Source of the DNA: Paracoccaceae bacterium
GTDB taxonomy: Bacteria > Pseudomonadota > Alphaproteobacteria > Rhodobacterales > Rhodobacteraceae
Length of the DNA stretch: 64,000 nucleotides
Assembly: GCA_965215545.1 (NCBI GenBank)
Contig: OZ244066.1
Location: forward strand, 585,358-649,357
Reading direction: 5' to 3'
Shown here: positions 1 through 9,420 of the stretch, piece by piece
Position numbering within the stretch: position 1 is the first letter of the stretch
Layout: each line of letters opens with the position of its first letter
Notes under the pieces: model-generated
Databases searched by the model: none
Told to the model about the DNA's origin: nothing
Seen by the model: the letters and a program-made list of their open reading frames with translations, nothing else
Translations under genes and position numbers: made by a program

Positions 1-89
1 ACCACCTCGACGACAAGAAAGATGATCAGACTGGCCGCCAGCAGGCTCACACAGAGCGACAGGCCCTTGACCAGGATCAACCGGATCAT
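1..89 (-). CDS. ABC-transporter permease, N-terminal 29 codons only (gene runs off the left edge)
   Basis: ATG at 89 on the minus strand. MIRLILVKGLSLCVSLLAASLIIFLVVEVV is the hydrophobic N-terminal helix pattern of DppB/OppB-type permeases. Too short to be sure. Confidence 0.35.
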   Translation of the reverse strand, partial: MIRLILVKGLSLCVSLLAASLIIFLVVEV

Positions 90-152
90 GATCCGAAGTC
101 CTGTCCCGGGGGCGTTCCCACCGGACCCCACCCAGACAGATTGAAACGGATC

Positions 153-842
153 TCAGGGGTTGCCATGACACTGCCTGATGGTTTCCCAGGCCTCGTTGAC
201 CGTTCGCAAGCGATCATCGGCAAGACGCAGGGCCTCCCTGGGGACACCGCGGGCCACCAACACATCAGGATGGTTCTCCATGACCTTGCGCTTCCAGGCG
301 GCCCGGATCGCCGCAAAGTCCGCATCCCGCGCCACCCCAAGGGTCTGGTAGGGATCAAGCGTCGTCAGTCCCGCAATCGCGCCAAGGCGCCGCCGGATGT
401 GCTCATCAGGCAGGCGGAAGATCCGACTGATGCGGATGAGGGCGGTTTTTTCACTGTGGGAGAGAACCCCATCGGCCCTGGCAATTGCCACCAGGGCATC
501 AATGACCACCTCGAGCACGGGTTGGCCATGGCCCAGCGAACGGGCAACCATGCGGGCATAGTGCTCATAGCCCAGTGCCGTCCGGCTGGCATAGTTGTAC
601 ACACGTGCCGCATTGGCCATTTCACCACGGGGAATCTCGAACAGACTGCGAAATGTGTCGATTTCCTCACGCGAGACCCGCCCGTCGATCTTGGCCAGTT
701 TGGCACTGAGGGCGATGATGGCGATGGTGAACGACACCTTGCGATCCCGGCTGCCAAGAGCCCGGACCAGTCGCCGACCGATCTGACCACCAGCCATCTG
801 CTGCAGGGACCGCAGGGACTTTTTCCAGGTCAACCCCTTCAT
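153..842 (-). CDS. DjlA-like co-chaperone (TerB-like N-terminal domain + C-terminal J domain)
   Basis: 229-aa ORF. The C-terminus DPYQTLGVARDADFAAIRAAWKRKVMENHPDVL carries the J-domain HPD motif. The N-terminal IAIIALSAKLAKIDGRVSREEIDTF ... VIDALVAIARADGVLSHSEK repeats look TerB-like. Confidence 0.75.
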   Translation of the reverse strand: MKGLTWKKSLRSLQQMAGGQIGRRLVRALGSRDRKVSFTIAIIALSAKLAKIDGRVSREEIDTFRSLFEIPRGEMANAARVYNYASRTALGYEHYARMVARSLGHGQPVLEVVIDALVAIARADGVLSHSEKTALIRISRIFRLPDEHIRRRLGAIAGLTTLDPYQTLGVARDADFAAIRAAWKRKVMENHPDVLVARGVPREALRLADDRLRTVNEAWETIRQCHGNP

Positions 843-1000
843 GTGCGCTCTTCCAATCTGCCCGCCGCCTGGGCCCCCTCTCCCAACTCACCTCCTATTG
901 TCTCCATGGACCAAATGAAACACAATGCCACTCTTGTGACAAGGTCGCTCATCCCCACCACCGGGGATGCCAGGCCCATCATTCGAAAGGAACCGGCCTG

Positions 1001-1468
1001 ATGCCAAAGACACTCTATCTGGCGAATCAATATGGATTCTCAGTCCAGCAGAAGGACCGGCTCCTGCCCGAGATCGCCAACGCACTGGCTGCCCTCGGCA
1101 TTGAGGTCTGGGAACCCTTTGCCCGCAACAACCAGATCGACTTCAGCCGCACCGGCTGGGCCTACGATGTCGGCCAGGCCGATTTCCGTGACGTCCGTGA
1201 CTCCGATGGCATCTTTGCCATCGTCAATGGCTGTCCGCCCGATGAGGGTGTCATGGTTGAACTCGGCATGGCCATTGCACTTGGCAAACCCACCTTTCTC
1301 TTTCGCGATGACTTCCGCCGCTGCACCGACAGCGACTCCTATCCCCTCAATCTCATGCTCTTTACCGGTCTGCCCCGCGAGGGCTGGGAGGCCTACTGGT
1401 ACAGGTCCATCGATGAGATCGCCGATCCCGGCAAGGCCCTGGTCCAATGGATCGCCGCCGGCATCTGA
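1001..1468 (+). CDS. Nucleoside 2-deoxyribosyltransferase-family protein
   Basis: 155-aa ORF. LYLANQYGFS ... DGIFAIVNGCPPDEGVMVELGMAIALGKPTFLF matches the fold signature of this family (conserved Glu in the VELG context). Confidence 0.65.
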   Translation: MPKTLYLANQYGFSVQQKDRLLPEIANALAALGIEVWEPFARNNQIDFSRTGWAYDVGQADFRDVRDSDGIFAIVNGCPPDEGVMVELGMAIALGKPTFLFRDDFRRCTDSDSYPLNLMLFTGLPREGWEAYWYRSIDEIADPGKALVQWIAAGI

Positions 1469-1582
1469 CGACATCCAGGACGCCGCCCCGGATCCTCGCA
1501 ACAGCCCATCGACCGGGCGGACCCCACGCATGGAGGTTATGCCTGCACGGTAAGGGGAATTCCTGCATGCAACAGCGTGTGA

Positions 1583-2482
1583 TCAGGCCTCGAGAGGGAT
1601 GCGCTCACGCTCCTGGTTGAGTTCGTGGACACGGCGGGTGACGCGTTCAAAGGCACGGTTCTCGATCTGGCGAATCCGCTCCTTGCTGACCTTGTATTTC
1701 TGCGAGAGGACCTCAAGCGTGTCGGAAGGTTCCTTGAGGCGGCGGCACAGAAAGATGTCCCGCTCCCGTTCATTGAGAACATCAAGGGCTTCCTGCAGCA
1801 ACTGGCGCCGGTAGACCAGCTGATCCTGTTCGGCATATTCGTCCTCGTGAGAGGGGGAGTCATCCGGGAGCAGATCGATGTATTCAGTTCCACCCTCATC
1901 ATCACCGGAGACCGAAACGTTGAGCGAGCTGTCATGGCCGGAAAGCCGACCGTACATCTGGACAACATCGGACTCGTTCACCTTCAGGATGTCCGCCACC
2001 CGGCGGATCTGGTCCGGGGTCGGGGGCTTGCCATCGACAACACCGACCCTGGCCAAGGTCTTGCGGAGATTGAAGAAAAGTTTTTTCTGGGCCCCGGTCG
2101 TCCCGAGCTTGACCAGGCTGTAGGTCTTGATGATGAATTCCTGCACCTGGGCCCGGATCCACCAGATCGCATAGGTTGCCAGCCGGAATCCCTTGTCGGG
2201 TTGGAAGCGCTTGACCGCCATCATGAGGCCGATATTGGCTTCCGAAATCAGGTCGGGCAGCGGCAGTCCATAGCCACGGTAGTCATTGGCCACACGCGCC
2301 GCAAGCCGGAGGTGGGACGCGACAAGCTGGTGGGCCGCCTCCACATCCCCCTCAACCTCATATCGCTTGGCCAGCGTGTATTCCTTCTCGGCGGTGAGGA
2401 TGGGGTACTTGCGGATGCTGGCGAGGTACTCCTGGATCCCATGTTCCTTGCTTGGTACCGGAAGATTCGAATAGTTGCTCAT
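1583..2482 (-). CDS. rpoH: RNA polymerase sigma-32 (heat-shock sigma factor)
   Basis: 299 aa. Sigma-70 regions 2-4 are present (DLISEANIGLMMAVKRFQPDKGFRLATYAIWWIR). An RpoH-box-like segment is present (QEFIIKTYSLVKLGTTGAQKKLFFNLR). Confidence 0.95.
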   Translation of the reverse strand: MSNYSNLPVPSKEHGIQEYLASIRKYPILTAEKEYTLAKRYEVEGDVEAAHQLVASHLRLAARVANDYRGYGLPLPDLISEANIGLMMAVKRFQPDKGFRLATYAIWWIRAQVQEFIIKTYSLVKLGTTGAQKKLFFNLRKTLARVGVVDGKPPTPDQIRRVADILKVNESDVVQMYGRLSGHDSSLNVSVSGDDEGGTEYIDLLPDDSPSHEDEYAEQDQLVYRRQLLQEALDVLNERERDIFLCRRLKEPSDTLEVLSQKYKVSKERIRQIENRAFERVTRRVHELNQERERIPLEA

Positions 2483-2579
2483 CGGCGCCCTGATTGTCGA
2501 CAGTTCCCGCCAATGATAGGCCCCCGGCAGCCATCTGTCAAGTCACCAGGCACTCTGAATCATTCTAAACATCTGCCTG

Positions 2580-3620
2580 TCATGATGTTCTGTCCTGGTC
2601 ATGCTGCAGCACAGCAAGGAGAGCACACATGTCATCAGGCAATGCAGCCACAAATGTCATCCGCTCACCGCTGACAGGATGATCGAACGACAGCTCGCCG
2701 GCATGCAAGGCCTGCCGCGGGAAAGCCTGCACCACCTCCTGCCATGCCGGGTTGACGTGCTGGGGCAAGGTCGTGGCGCCGGCCCCATAGAGCCGGTCCC
2801 CGATCAGGGGGTGGCCAAGATGGGCCAGATGCACACGGATCTGATGGGTGCGGCCAGTCTCGAGATGGCACCGGACGTGGGAACAGGTGGCCGCTGCCAG
2901 TGACCGGATGCACCGGACATGTGTCACTGCCCGCTTGCCATGGGCGACATGGACGGCATTGCGCAGCCGGTTGTGCCGATCCCGCCCGATGACCCCGGCA
3001 AGCCGGAAGGCTCCGTCCCCCTTGGCTGCAATCCGCATGTTGCGTACCGATCGGGTGCCAAGGGTCCGGAGATCCCCCCGAACGACAGCCATGTAGGTCC
3101 TCCGGGCGGTGTGGGCGGCAAACTGGGCAGTCAATGCCAGCATGGACCGCTCGTGCCGTGCCACGACCAGCAGACCTGTCGTATCCTTGTCGAGACGGTG
3201 GACAAGGCCGGGATCGGTCGCCCTGCCCCCTGATGCGCTCTGGCAATGATGAAGTACGGCGTTCAACAGCGTCCCCCGTCGATGGCCCGGGGCCGGATGG
3301 ACAACCATGCCGGCCCGCTTGTTGATCACCAGGATGTCCTCATCCTCATGGACAATGTCGAGGGGGATGTCCTCGGCGGCAGCGGGAGTCTGTTGATGCG
3401 CTGGCAGCGTGAGATCATAGACCGCGCCGCTGCGGGCCGGCGCAGCACAATTGTTGATGACCACACCGTCGCGGGTGACGCAGCCGCAGCGAATCAGTTT
3501 GCTGATACGGGACCGTGACAGGCTGATCTCCGCTGGCAGGGATGCCGCCAATGCGGTATCGAGACGTCCGGCGGCGCTGTCCCTGATCCGGACAGTCATG
3601 CTGGGTTCGGGGGCCATCAT
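2580..3620 (-). CDS. rluD: 23S rRNA pseudouridine synthase, RluA/RluD family
   Basis: 346 aa with an S4-like N-terminus. Contains ILVINKRAGMVVHPAPGH and the catalytic HRLDKDTTGLLVVAR motif. Confidence 0.9.
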   Translation of the reverse strand: MMAPEPSMTVRIRDSAAGRLDTALAASLPAEISLSRSRISKLIRCGCVTRDGVVINNCAAPARSGAVYDLTLPAHQQTPAAAEDIPLDIVHEDEDILVINKRAGMVVHPAPGHRRGTLLNAVLHHCQSASGGRATDPGLVHRLDKDTTGLLVVARHERSMLALTAQFAAHTARRTYMAVVRGDLRTLGTRSVRNMRIAAKGDGAFRLAGVIGRDRHNRLRNAVHVAHGKRAVTHVRCIRSLAAATCSHVRCHLETGRTHQIRVHLAHLGHPLIGDRLYGAGATTLPQHVNPAWQEVVQAFPRQALHAGELSFDHPVSGERMTFVAALPDDMCALLAVLQHDQDRTS

Positions 3621-3930
3621 GCAGAACGACTACGACCGGAGTGAGGATGAGCGAACCACCCTGAAATGGCTCCGGATTCTCGTGCTGGTCCTGACCGTGA
3701 CCATGATTGGCGGATTTCTGGTCATCGTCGTTCTGTTCATCCTGAAATTCCAGAGTCTCGGGCAGGCCACCCTGCCCCTGCCTGAGGAGATCACCCTTGC
3801 CCCGGGGCAGGAGGCAGCCGGGTTTGTCCAGGGTGACCGCCACTTCTATGTCATTACCCGCAATGATACCATTCGCGTCCATGATGCAGTCACCGGCACG
3901 CTTGTCCAGGAGATCAGGCTGGTTGAGTGA
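3619..3930 (+). CDS. Small single-pass membrane protein (DUF6476-like)
   Basis: The ATG at 3619 abuts the divergent rluD start (CATCATG). There is one TM helix, LRILVLVLTVTMIGGFLVIVVLFIL. The longer start at 3451 would lie antisense inside rluD. Confidence 0.55.
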   Translation: MQNDYDRSEDERTTLKWLRILVLVLTVTMIGGFLVIVVLFILKFQSLGQATLPLPEEITLAPGQEAAGFVQGDRHFYVITRNDTIRVHDAVTGTLVQEIRLVE

Positions 3931-4334
3931 CAGCCTCTCCGGCCCTCGACCACCAGCGGCCCAAGACACTGCAGCGACCGGGAGACACCGGCTTGTCCTG
4001 ATGGCCACAACGCACACGGGGAGTCCGTCCCTGATCCCTGCATGCCGATCGGGTCGTGTCCCGCGTCATGGGAACAGGATCGCGATCCTGGTTGCCTGAT
4101 CATCCAACCCGACAGGATCCTCGCGCAGACCGGTGGCGGTTCCCGGCACCGGATACCGCTCCCGAGAGGATGGCAGGAATGTGGGCGAGGTGGGCAGAGG
4201 CACCCTGTGGAGACCATGGGGACGGTGTATTCGACCGGACAGGACAGTCTGGCCGGTGGGCCTGGACCTGGCGCATGGACACCGATTTCTCCGTTGGCCA
4301 CGGCAGCCCTTGCCATCGGTCGGCTGGACCCTGA

Positions 4335-4592
4335 ATGACCCGGCGTGCCTTGATTGAAATGGCAGAGATGTCGCTGGAGGCCGATGCGAATGCCCGCCGT
4401 GCAAGGGACCAGACGCCCCCGCACCCGGATGTCCGCAAAGGATGGGCTGGTCCTGTTTCGGTGAGACTCGAATCGGGAGCCAGCATCGAGACCCGTGACG
4501 GTGTCGGCTGGACTCCCCTGCATAACGCCGCCCGCGGCGACCTCATCGAGGCGACCCGGCTGATCGCCGCAGGCGGAACTCGAACCGTATGA
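4335..4592 (+). CDS. Ankyrin-repeat fragment (about 2 repeats, probably truncated)
   Basis: ESGASIETRDGVGWTPLHNAARGDLIEATRLIAAGG matches the ankyrin consensus (G-TPLH-AA--G). Only 85 aa, and followed at once by a tRNA-3'-end-like fragment. Confidence 0.45.
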   Translation: MTRRALIEMAEMSLEADANARRARDQTPPHPDVRKGWAGPVSVRLESGASIETRDGVGWTPLHNAARGDLIEATRLIAAGGTRTV

Positions 4593-4972
4593 TTGTTTGC
4601 CTGACTCAGGGTGGCAGAGCGCTGAAAGCGTTCTTGGTGCAGGGGACGGAATCGATGGCATGGGGGCTGCCCGGTGCCGGGCCCAATCTCCCAATTGCCG
4701 CCATTCCCGAAGCCCAGAGCCGGGACAGTCTCGGTCTTACCGCCATCCCGGGACCGACACGGATCTGTCTCGAGACAGGTGATGCGTGGCTCTCTGACCT
4801 GACCGTCCGACCCTGCTGGCCATGACCGGCGATCGTCCGCCTCAATGAACGCCGTACTGGCCGGAGCGGTGTCCCTGTCCGCCAGCCGATCACGGTGCAC
4901 AGGCGTCCGCAGTTGCGCGGTGCGCCCGGGATCCCTAGACTGGCCGGGTCTGACGAAGAGAGGATTGCCGTG

Positions 4973-6753
4973 ATGGCGCTCGCCAGGAAGGAGCTTGCAG
5001 ACTTTGTCAATCGCGACGAGGGCGATGCACCCCCGGTGTTTGTCGGCCGCAAGGATGTCTTGGCCGATATCCTGGCCGCTGCCGACCGGAGTTGGGCCGG
5101 CCTTGACGGGGTACAGGGTCGTGCCAAGGACACCCGGATCATCCAGGGCGCCCCGGGTGCCGGCAAGAGCACCATCCTCGCCGAGTTGGCCCGCCGGGCG
5201 GCGACCGCGGCACCCGACGGTGGAACGACGCAGGTTCTTTCTCTCAATTCTGCCGACATCAACGAACCCATCGACATCCTCCGACCACTGGCGGAGCGGG
5301 TCGATCCCGCCAGGGCCCAGGAGTTCCTGGCCCGGTTCCAGACCACCCGCACTGTGGGCGGCTCGGTGGGAGCATTGCAGACGGCCGTCACCGGCACCCG
5401 CACCACGACCACCACCCCATATGCGCCCGAGCCGACCCTGGCCGCCTTCCGCGACTGGGTGCGGGACACAACGGATAATGGTCTGCAGGGCCCCATCATC
5501 ATCGCCATCGATGAGGCCCAGCGCCTGCGGTATCCGGACACACACCCGGTGGCCAAGGTGCTGCAGGGCCTGCATGACAACACGACTGGCCTGCCCCTGA
5601 CTCTCGGGCTGGCTGGCCTCGGCGACACCGACGCCCGGGCCATGGACATGGGCCTGACCCGGGGCAAGCGCCGCCACGCCATCGGGGGCCTGACCGCCCC
5701 CGAGGTCACCACCCTCTTCACCGGCTTCTGCCGGCATTACGGTCTGGATCCCACCGGCCATGCAGACGCTCTCGAAGCCCTGGCCCGACCCTGCGAGGGC
5801 TGGCCACGCCACCTCCACTTCGCCCTGCAGGCCCTCGGTCGGGCGGTCCTGGCCACCGCAGGCGATCTGAGCGCGGTGGACTGGGAGACAGCCGCCGCCG
5901 AGGCGGCCGCGAGCCGTCTCGACTACTACCGGAGCCAGCAGCGCGGTGCCCTGCAGGCATGCCCGGCGCTCGTCGGGACCGTGCTAGCCGATCTTGCGCC
6001 CGGCCAGCGCCGCCTCCATGTGATCGACTTGATCGAACAGTATGATGGGGCACACCCGGGCCAGGCGTGGCAGGTCCCCGAAGGCATGACACCAAGGTCC
6101 CTGACCGACCATCTTCTCCATCGCGGCGTGCTTCAGGAAGAGCCAGACGGGTCCCTGACTTGCCCCATCCCCTCCTTCCGGTCCTATCTTGTCCGTGACT
6201 GGACCCGCATGGAGGTCGAGACGCTGGACAGCGCGGCAGAGGGCAAGACTCCCGGTGCCCACGCCACCCGAATCCTCGCCGCCACGGAGCCCCACACCGA
6301 GGAGGAGATCAGCCGCTGGGAGGCCTTGGCGACCACCTGGCGGCGGCGGCCGCGGATGCAGCAGCCCTGGCCACCGTCACCGACAGCCCCACCGATGCCG
6401 ACCGGGCCCGCGCGGCCACCCTTCTTGCCACCCTGGCGGCGGCCGGCCCGGCCCCACCTGCAGGTGCAGACAGCCCGACCCTGCCCCGGGTGCTCCCGCA
6501 TGCCGAGAGGGCTGTCGTGGCTCTTGAGGAGAGGGTCGACGTGGTGCGGGGCGCGGCCCAGGCTCTCCGTGATGGCAAGGCCGATCCCGGGCGGGCCGCC
6601 ATACTCGCGGATGTGGCCGGTCTGCCCGGAGAGGCGATGGCCGCCAGCCCAGACGAGCGGCTCGAGTGGGCGATCGCATATCTGGCCGAGGAGAGGCCAG
6701 GGGCGGCGACTCCCGAATCACCGGTGGCGAGCGGGCCTGCGGTGGAAGTCTGA
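4973..6753 (+). pseudogene. P-loop AAA ATPase (AAA_22/ExeA/ORC-like), paralogue 1, frameshifted
   Basis: Walker A is GAPGAGKST and Walker B is IIIAIDEAQ. Collinear with the intact paralogue at 27681-29513. The frame is lost in the (CGG)n run at 6341-6355. The paralogue-matching C-terminus (APPAGADSPTLPRVLPHAERAVVALEERVD...) continues in another frame to the stop at 6753. The start was chosen at ATG 4973 (RBS GAAGAGAGGA) by alignment with the paralogue. Confidence 0.7.
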
Positions 6754-7182
6754 TTTCTGCCACCTTGAATGCCCAACTCACGGAACAGCCAGCCGTACCC
6801 AAGTCCATCGGCGCACGTCTTGGGCGGTACGGTATCCGGCCCGCGGGTGCGGGCACGCCGAGTCGATATCATGGCGCGTTGGAGCCAGTCACTGCCTGTT
6901 GGGCCGACGTCCTGACCGGGCCAGGGACAGACCGACCGGATTGATGCCGCAGTGACCCGGTGGGCGGGGTCCATGCAAGGTCGATGCGAGTCCCCATGAA
7001 CAGGCCAGGTGCAATGAACCACTCCAGGCCACAGGGGCCTGCTGGCAATTCCACCATGCCCGGTTCGGGTGAAGTTGTTTGGTTCTCGATCCGGGACAGG
7101 CCTCTGATCGGAGGGTCGTTCGATCGACGCTCGGATCGAGAAACAATTTGCCAAGCGAGCGGGAAGTGGCGATAATCGTATC

Positions 7183-9201
7183 ATGACCATCCCCGAGGCA
7201 TTTCTTGACGATCTGAAGGCCCGCACCTCCATATCAAGGGTGATTGGGCGATTTGTCAGTTGGGACGACCGCAAATCGAAGCCCGCCAACGGCGATTATT
7301 GGGCCTGCTGTCCGTTCCACAAGGAGAAATCACCGTCATTCCATGTCACCGAAAGCCGGGGTACGTACTATTGCTTCGGCTGTCATGCGAAGGGAAACGC
7401 CTTCACGTTTCTCAAGGCACACCGGAACATGAATTTCCGCCAGTCCATCGAGTATCTCGCCGGACTTGCCGGCATGGAGATCCCTGAGGAAACGCCAGCC
7501 GATCGGGCCAAGGCCGACCAACAGTCCCTGCTGTTGCGCCTGCTCGAGCGGGCCGACCGTTACTATCGGCGCTGCCTGCATGACCCTTCAGGCCGTCTGG
7601 CCCTCGACTACATCCGTTCTCGTGGGTTCCGGCCGGAAACTCTGGAACATTTTGGGGTCGGTTATGCCCCGGCCGGGAGCAAGTTGCTGGAGTTGTGCCG
7701 TTCTGAAGGCATCACTGATGCCCAGCTGATTGATGCGGGCCTGGCTCGGGAGAGCCGGGATGGCGCCGGAGTCTACCCGGTCTTTCGGGATCGCCTGATG
7801 ATACCGATCACCGACCTGAAGGGCCGGACCATTGCCTTTGGTGGCCGGGCAATGCAGGACAGCGTACCAGCCAAGTACCTGAACTCGCCGGCAACCCAAC
7901 TGTTCAACAAGGGCACGGTCCTGTTCAATCACCGGACGGCACGGTCGGCGGCTGTCCAGGAGCAGCGGCTTGTCGTCACCGAGGGCTACCTTGATGTGCT
8001 GGCTCTGCACGAGGTGGGGCTTGTGCGCACGGTGGCCCCGCTGGGGACTGCGATCACTGACAGCCATCTTCAGCAATTGTGGCAGATGCACCCCACCCCG
8101 ATCCTGTGTCTTGATGGGGACGAGGCCGGGCGGCGGGCCGCCACTCAGGCCATGCACCGTGCCTTGCCGCTCCTCAGGCCCGGTGCCAGCCTGGAATTCT
8201 GCATCCTGCCCGATGGTCTTGATCCCGATGACGTGATCCGCCAGTCGGGAGCAGATGCCCTGCACAGGCAGCTCGCCAATGCCGTGCAATTTCAACACTT
8301 CCTCTGGGACAGGTTCGTGGGCGGGCGGCCACTCAAATCCCCGGACCAGCAGGCCAGACTGCGCTCCGAGCTCGGAAAGACCCTGGACCGGATCGAAAAC
8401 ACCAATGTCCGCAAGACCTATCAGTCCTACATCTTCAACCGGGTCTACAACGAAATCCAGAACAAGTTCTCCCGCACCAGGGAACGGGAACAGGGTCTGG
8501 CCACGGCCCGGGATCGGGCGGAAGCGGATCTCACCGAGAGTTATCTGCGGGCGGATCCCCGCTATTTCGATTCAGCCTGTGTTCTGGCACTCTGCCTGCA
8601 CCATCCGGAGCTGATCGATGCCAACATGGCCAGGCTGGAAGGTCTTGCCCTGCCGACAACCCATGACCATCAGCAGATTCTCGCAACTCTTCTGGAGATC
8701 AAGGCGGCAAGAGCAGACCCCCCGGACCTTGAGCGGCGACTGGCCCAGCGTGTGGGGCGGAAATCCCTTGACAGGCTGCTCGGGCTGAAACAGCTGCAGA
8801 TCCATCCGGAGCTCGCCGCGCCCGACCAGGGTGAGGCTGCCGCACAGTTGCTCGAGGATGCGTTGTTCCGGCTCGAGACCATCGCCTGGCATACGGAGTT
8901 GGTCGCCGCCATTGATGCAAGGCCCGCCGATGCGGAATGCGGCCATTCCGCCGAGCAGCTCTATCGGCTCGAGGCCGACATGCATGCGCGACTGTCGGCG
9001 GCCACGGCCGCACAGGATACCGTCATGCTTGGCCATGTGCCTGTCAGCCAGGAGGATCTCCAGCGACTCGATGACGAAATCAACGCCCCCCGCCCCCCGC
9101 GACGGGCCCGGGCGCGATCCCCCGGCAGCGAGACATCCACACGCCAGGCGGTCCCCGAGGACGATCTGGCAGCCCTGGCGGCGGAACTTGGCCAGGCATG
9201 A
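7183..9201 (+). CDS. dnaG: DNA primase
   Basis: 672 aa. CHC2 zinc finger (CPFHKEKSPSFHV..YYCFGCHAKG). TOPRIM (VVTEGYLDVLAL ... CLDGDEAGRRAA). Conserved position upstream of rpoD. Confidence 0.95.
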   Translation: MTIPEAFLDDLKARTSISRVIGRFVSWDDRKSKPANGDYWACCPFHKEKSPSFHVTESRGTYYCFGCHAKGNAFTFLKAHRNMNFRQSIEYLAGLAGMEIPEETPADRAKADQQSLLLRLLERADRYYRRCLHDPSGRLALDYIRSRGFRPETLEHFGVGYAPAGSKLLELCRSEGITDAQLIDAGLARESRDGAGVYPVFRDRLMIPITDLKGRTIAFGGRAMQDSVPAKYLNSPATQLFNKGTVLFNHRTARSAAVQEQRLVVTEGYLDVLALHEVGLVRTVAPLGTAITDSHLQQLWQMHPTPILCLDGDEAGRRAATQAMHRALPLLRPGASLEFCILPDGLDPDDVIRQSGADALHRQLANAVQFQHFLWDRFVGGRPLKSPDQQARLRSELGKTLDRIENTNVRKTYQSYIFNRVYNEIQNKFSRTREREQGLATARDRAEADLTESYLRADPRYFDSACVLALCLHHPELIDANMARLEGLALPTTHDHQQILATLLEIKAARADPPDLERRLAQRVGRKSLDRLLGLKQLQIHPELAAPDQGEAAAQLLEDALFRLETIAWHTELVAAIDARPADAECGHSAEQLYRLEADMHARLSAATAAQDTVMLGHVPVSQEDLQRLDDEINAPRPPRRARARSPGSETSTRQAVPEDDLAALAAELGQA

Positions 9202-9420
9202 CCCCGGACCCACAAGGGCTGGCAGCGACCTGCTGACTGTGGGGTGGAACCGATGGAAATTTTTGTGGCCGGGGCATTGCTGTTGGCAATTGGTGCCCTA
9301 TCTTTAGGTGTGAGGCCGTATGGGTTGAGCAGGAGCGCGGGAGCAGACCGGACCACACTGTCCCGGATCTGCCGGTCAGCCTGATGTCGCAGTCATGACG
9401 GTTCACGGAGGTCAATCGGA

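Noticed and set aside
4100-5818. 572-aa and 371-aa ORFs antisense to ATPase paralogue 1, and the analogous ORFs at 27449-28042 and 28058-28654 opposite paralogue 2.
   Set aside because: They are Gly/Arg/Pro/Ala-rich low-complexity translations with no motifs. Such long shadow ORFs are expected opposite genuine genes in high-GC DNA, and the sense strand carries clear Walker motifs.
6754-6955. C-terminal extension of the 686-aa ORF 4895-6955.
   Set aside because: It is an out-of-frame read-through after the (CGG)n frameshift. It is Pro/Arg-rich, whereas the paralogue-matching C-terminus lies in another frame and ends at 6753.
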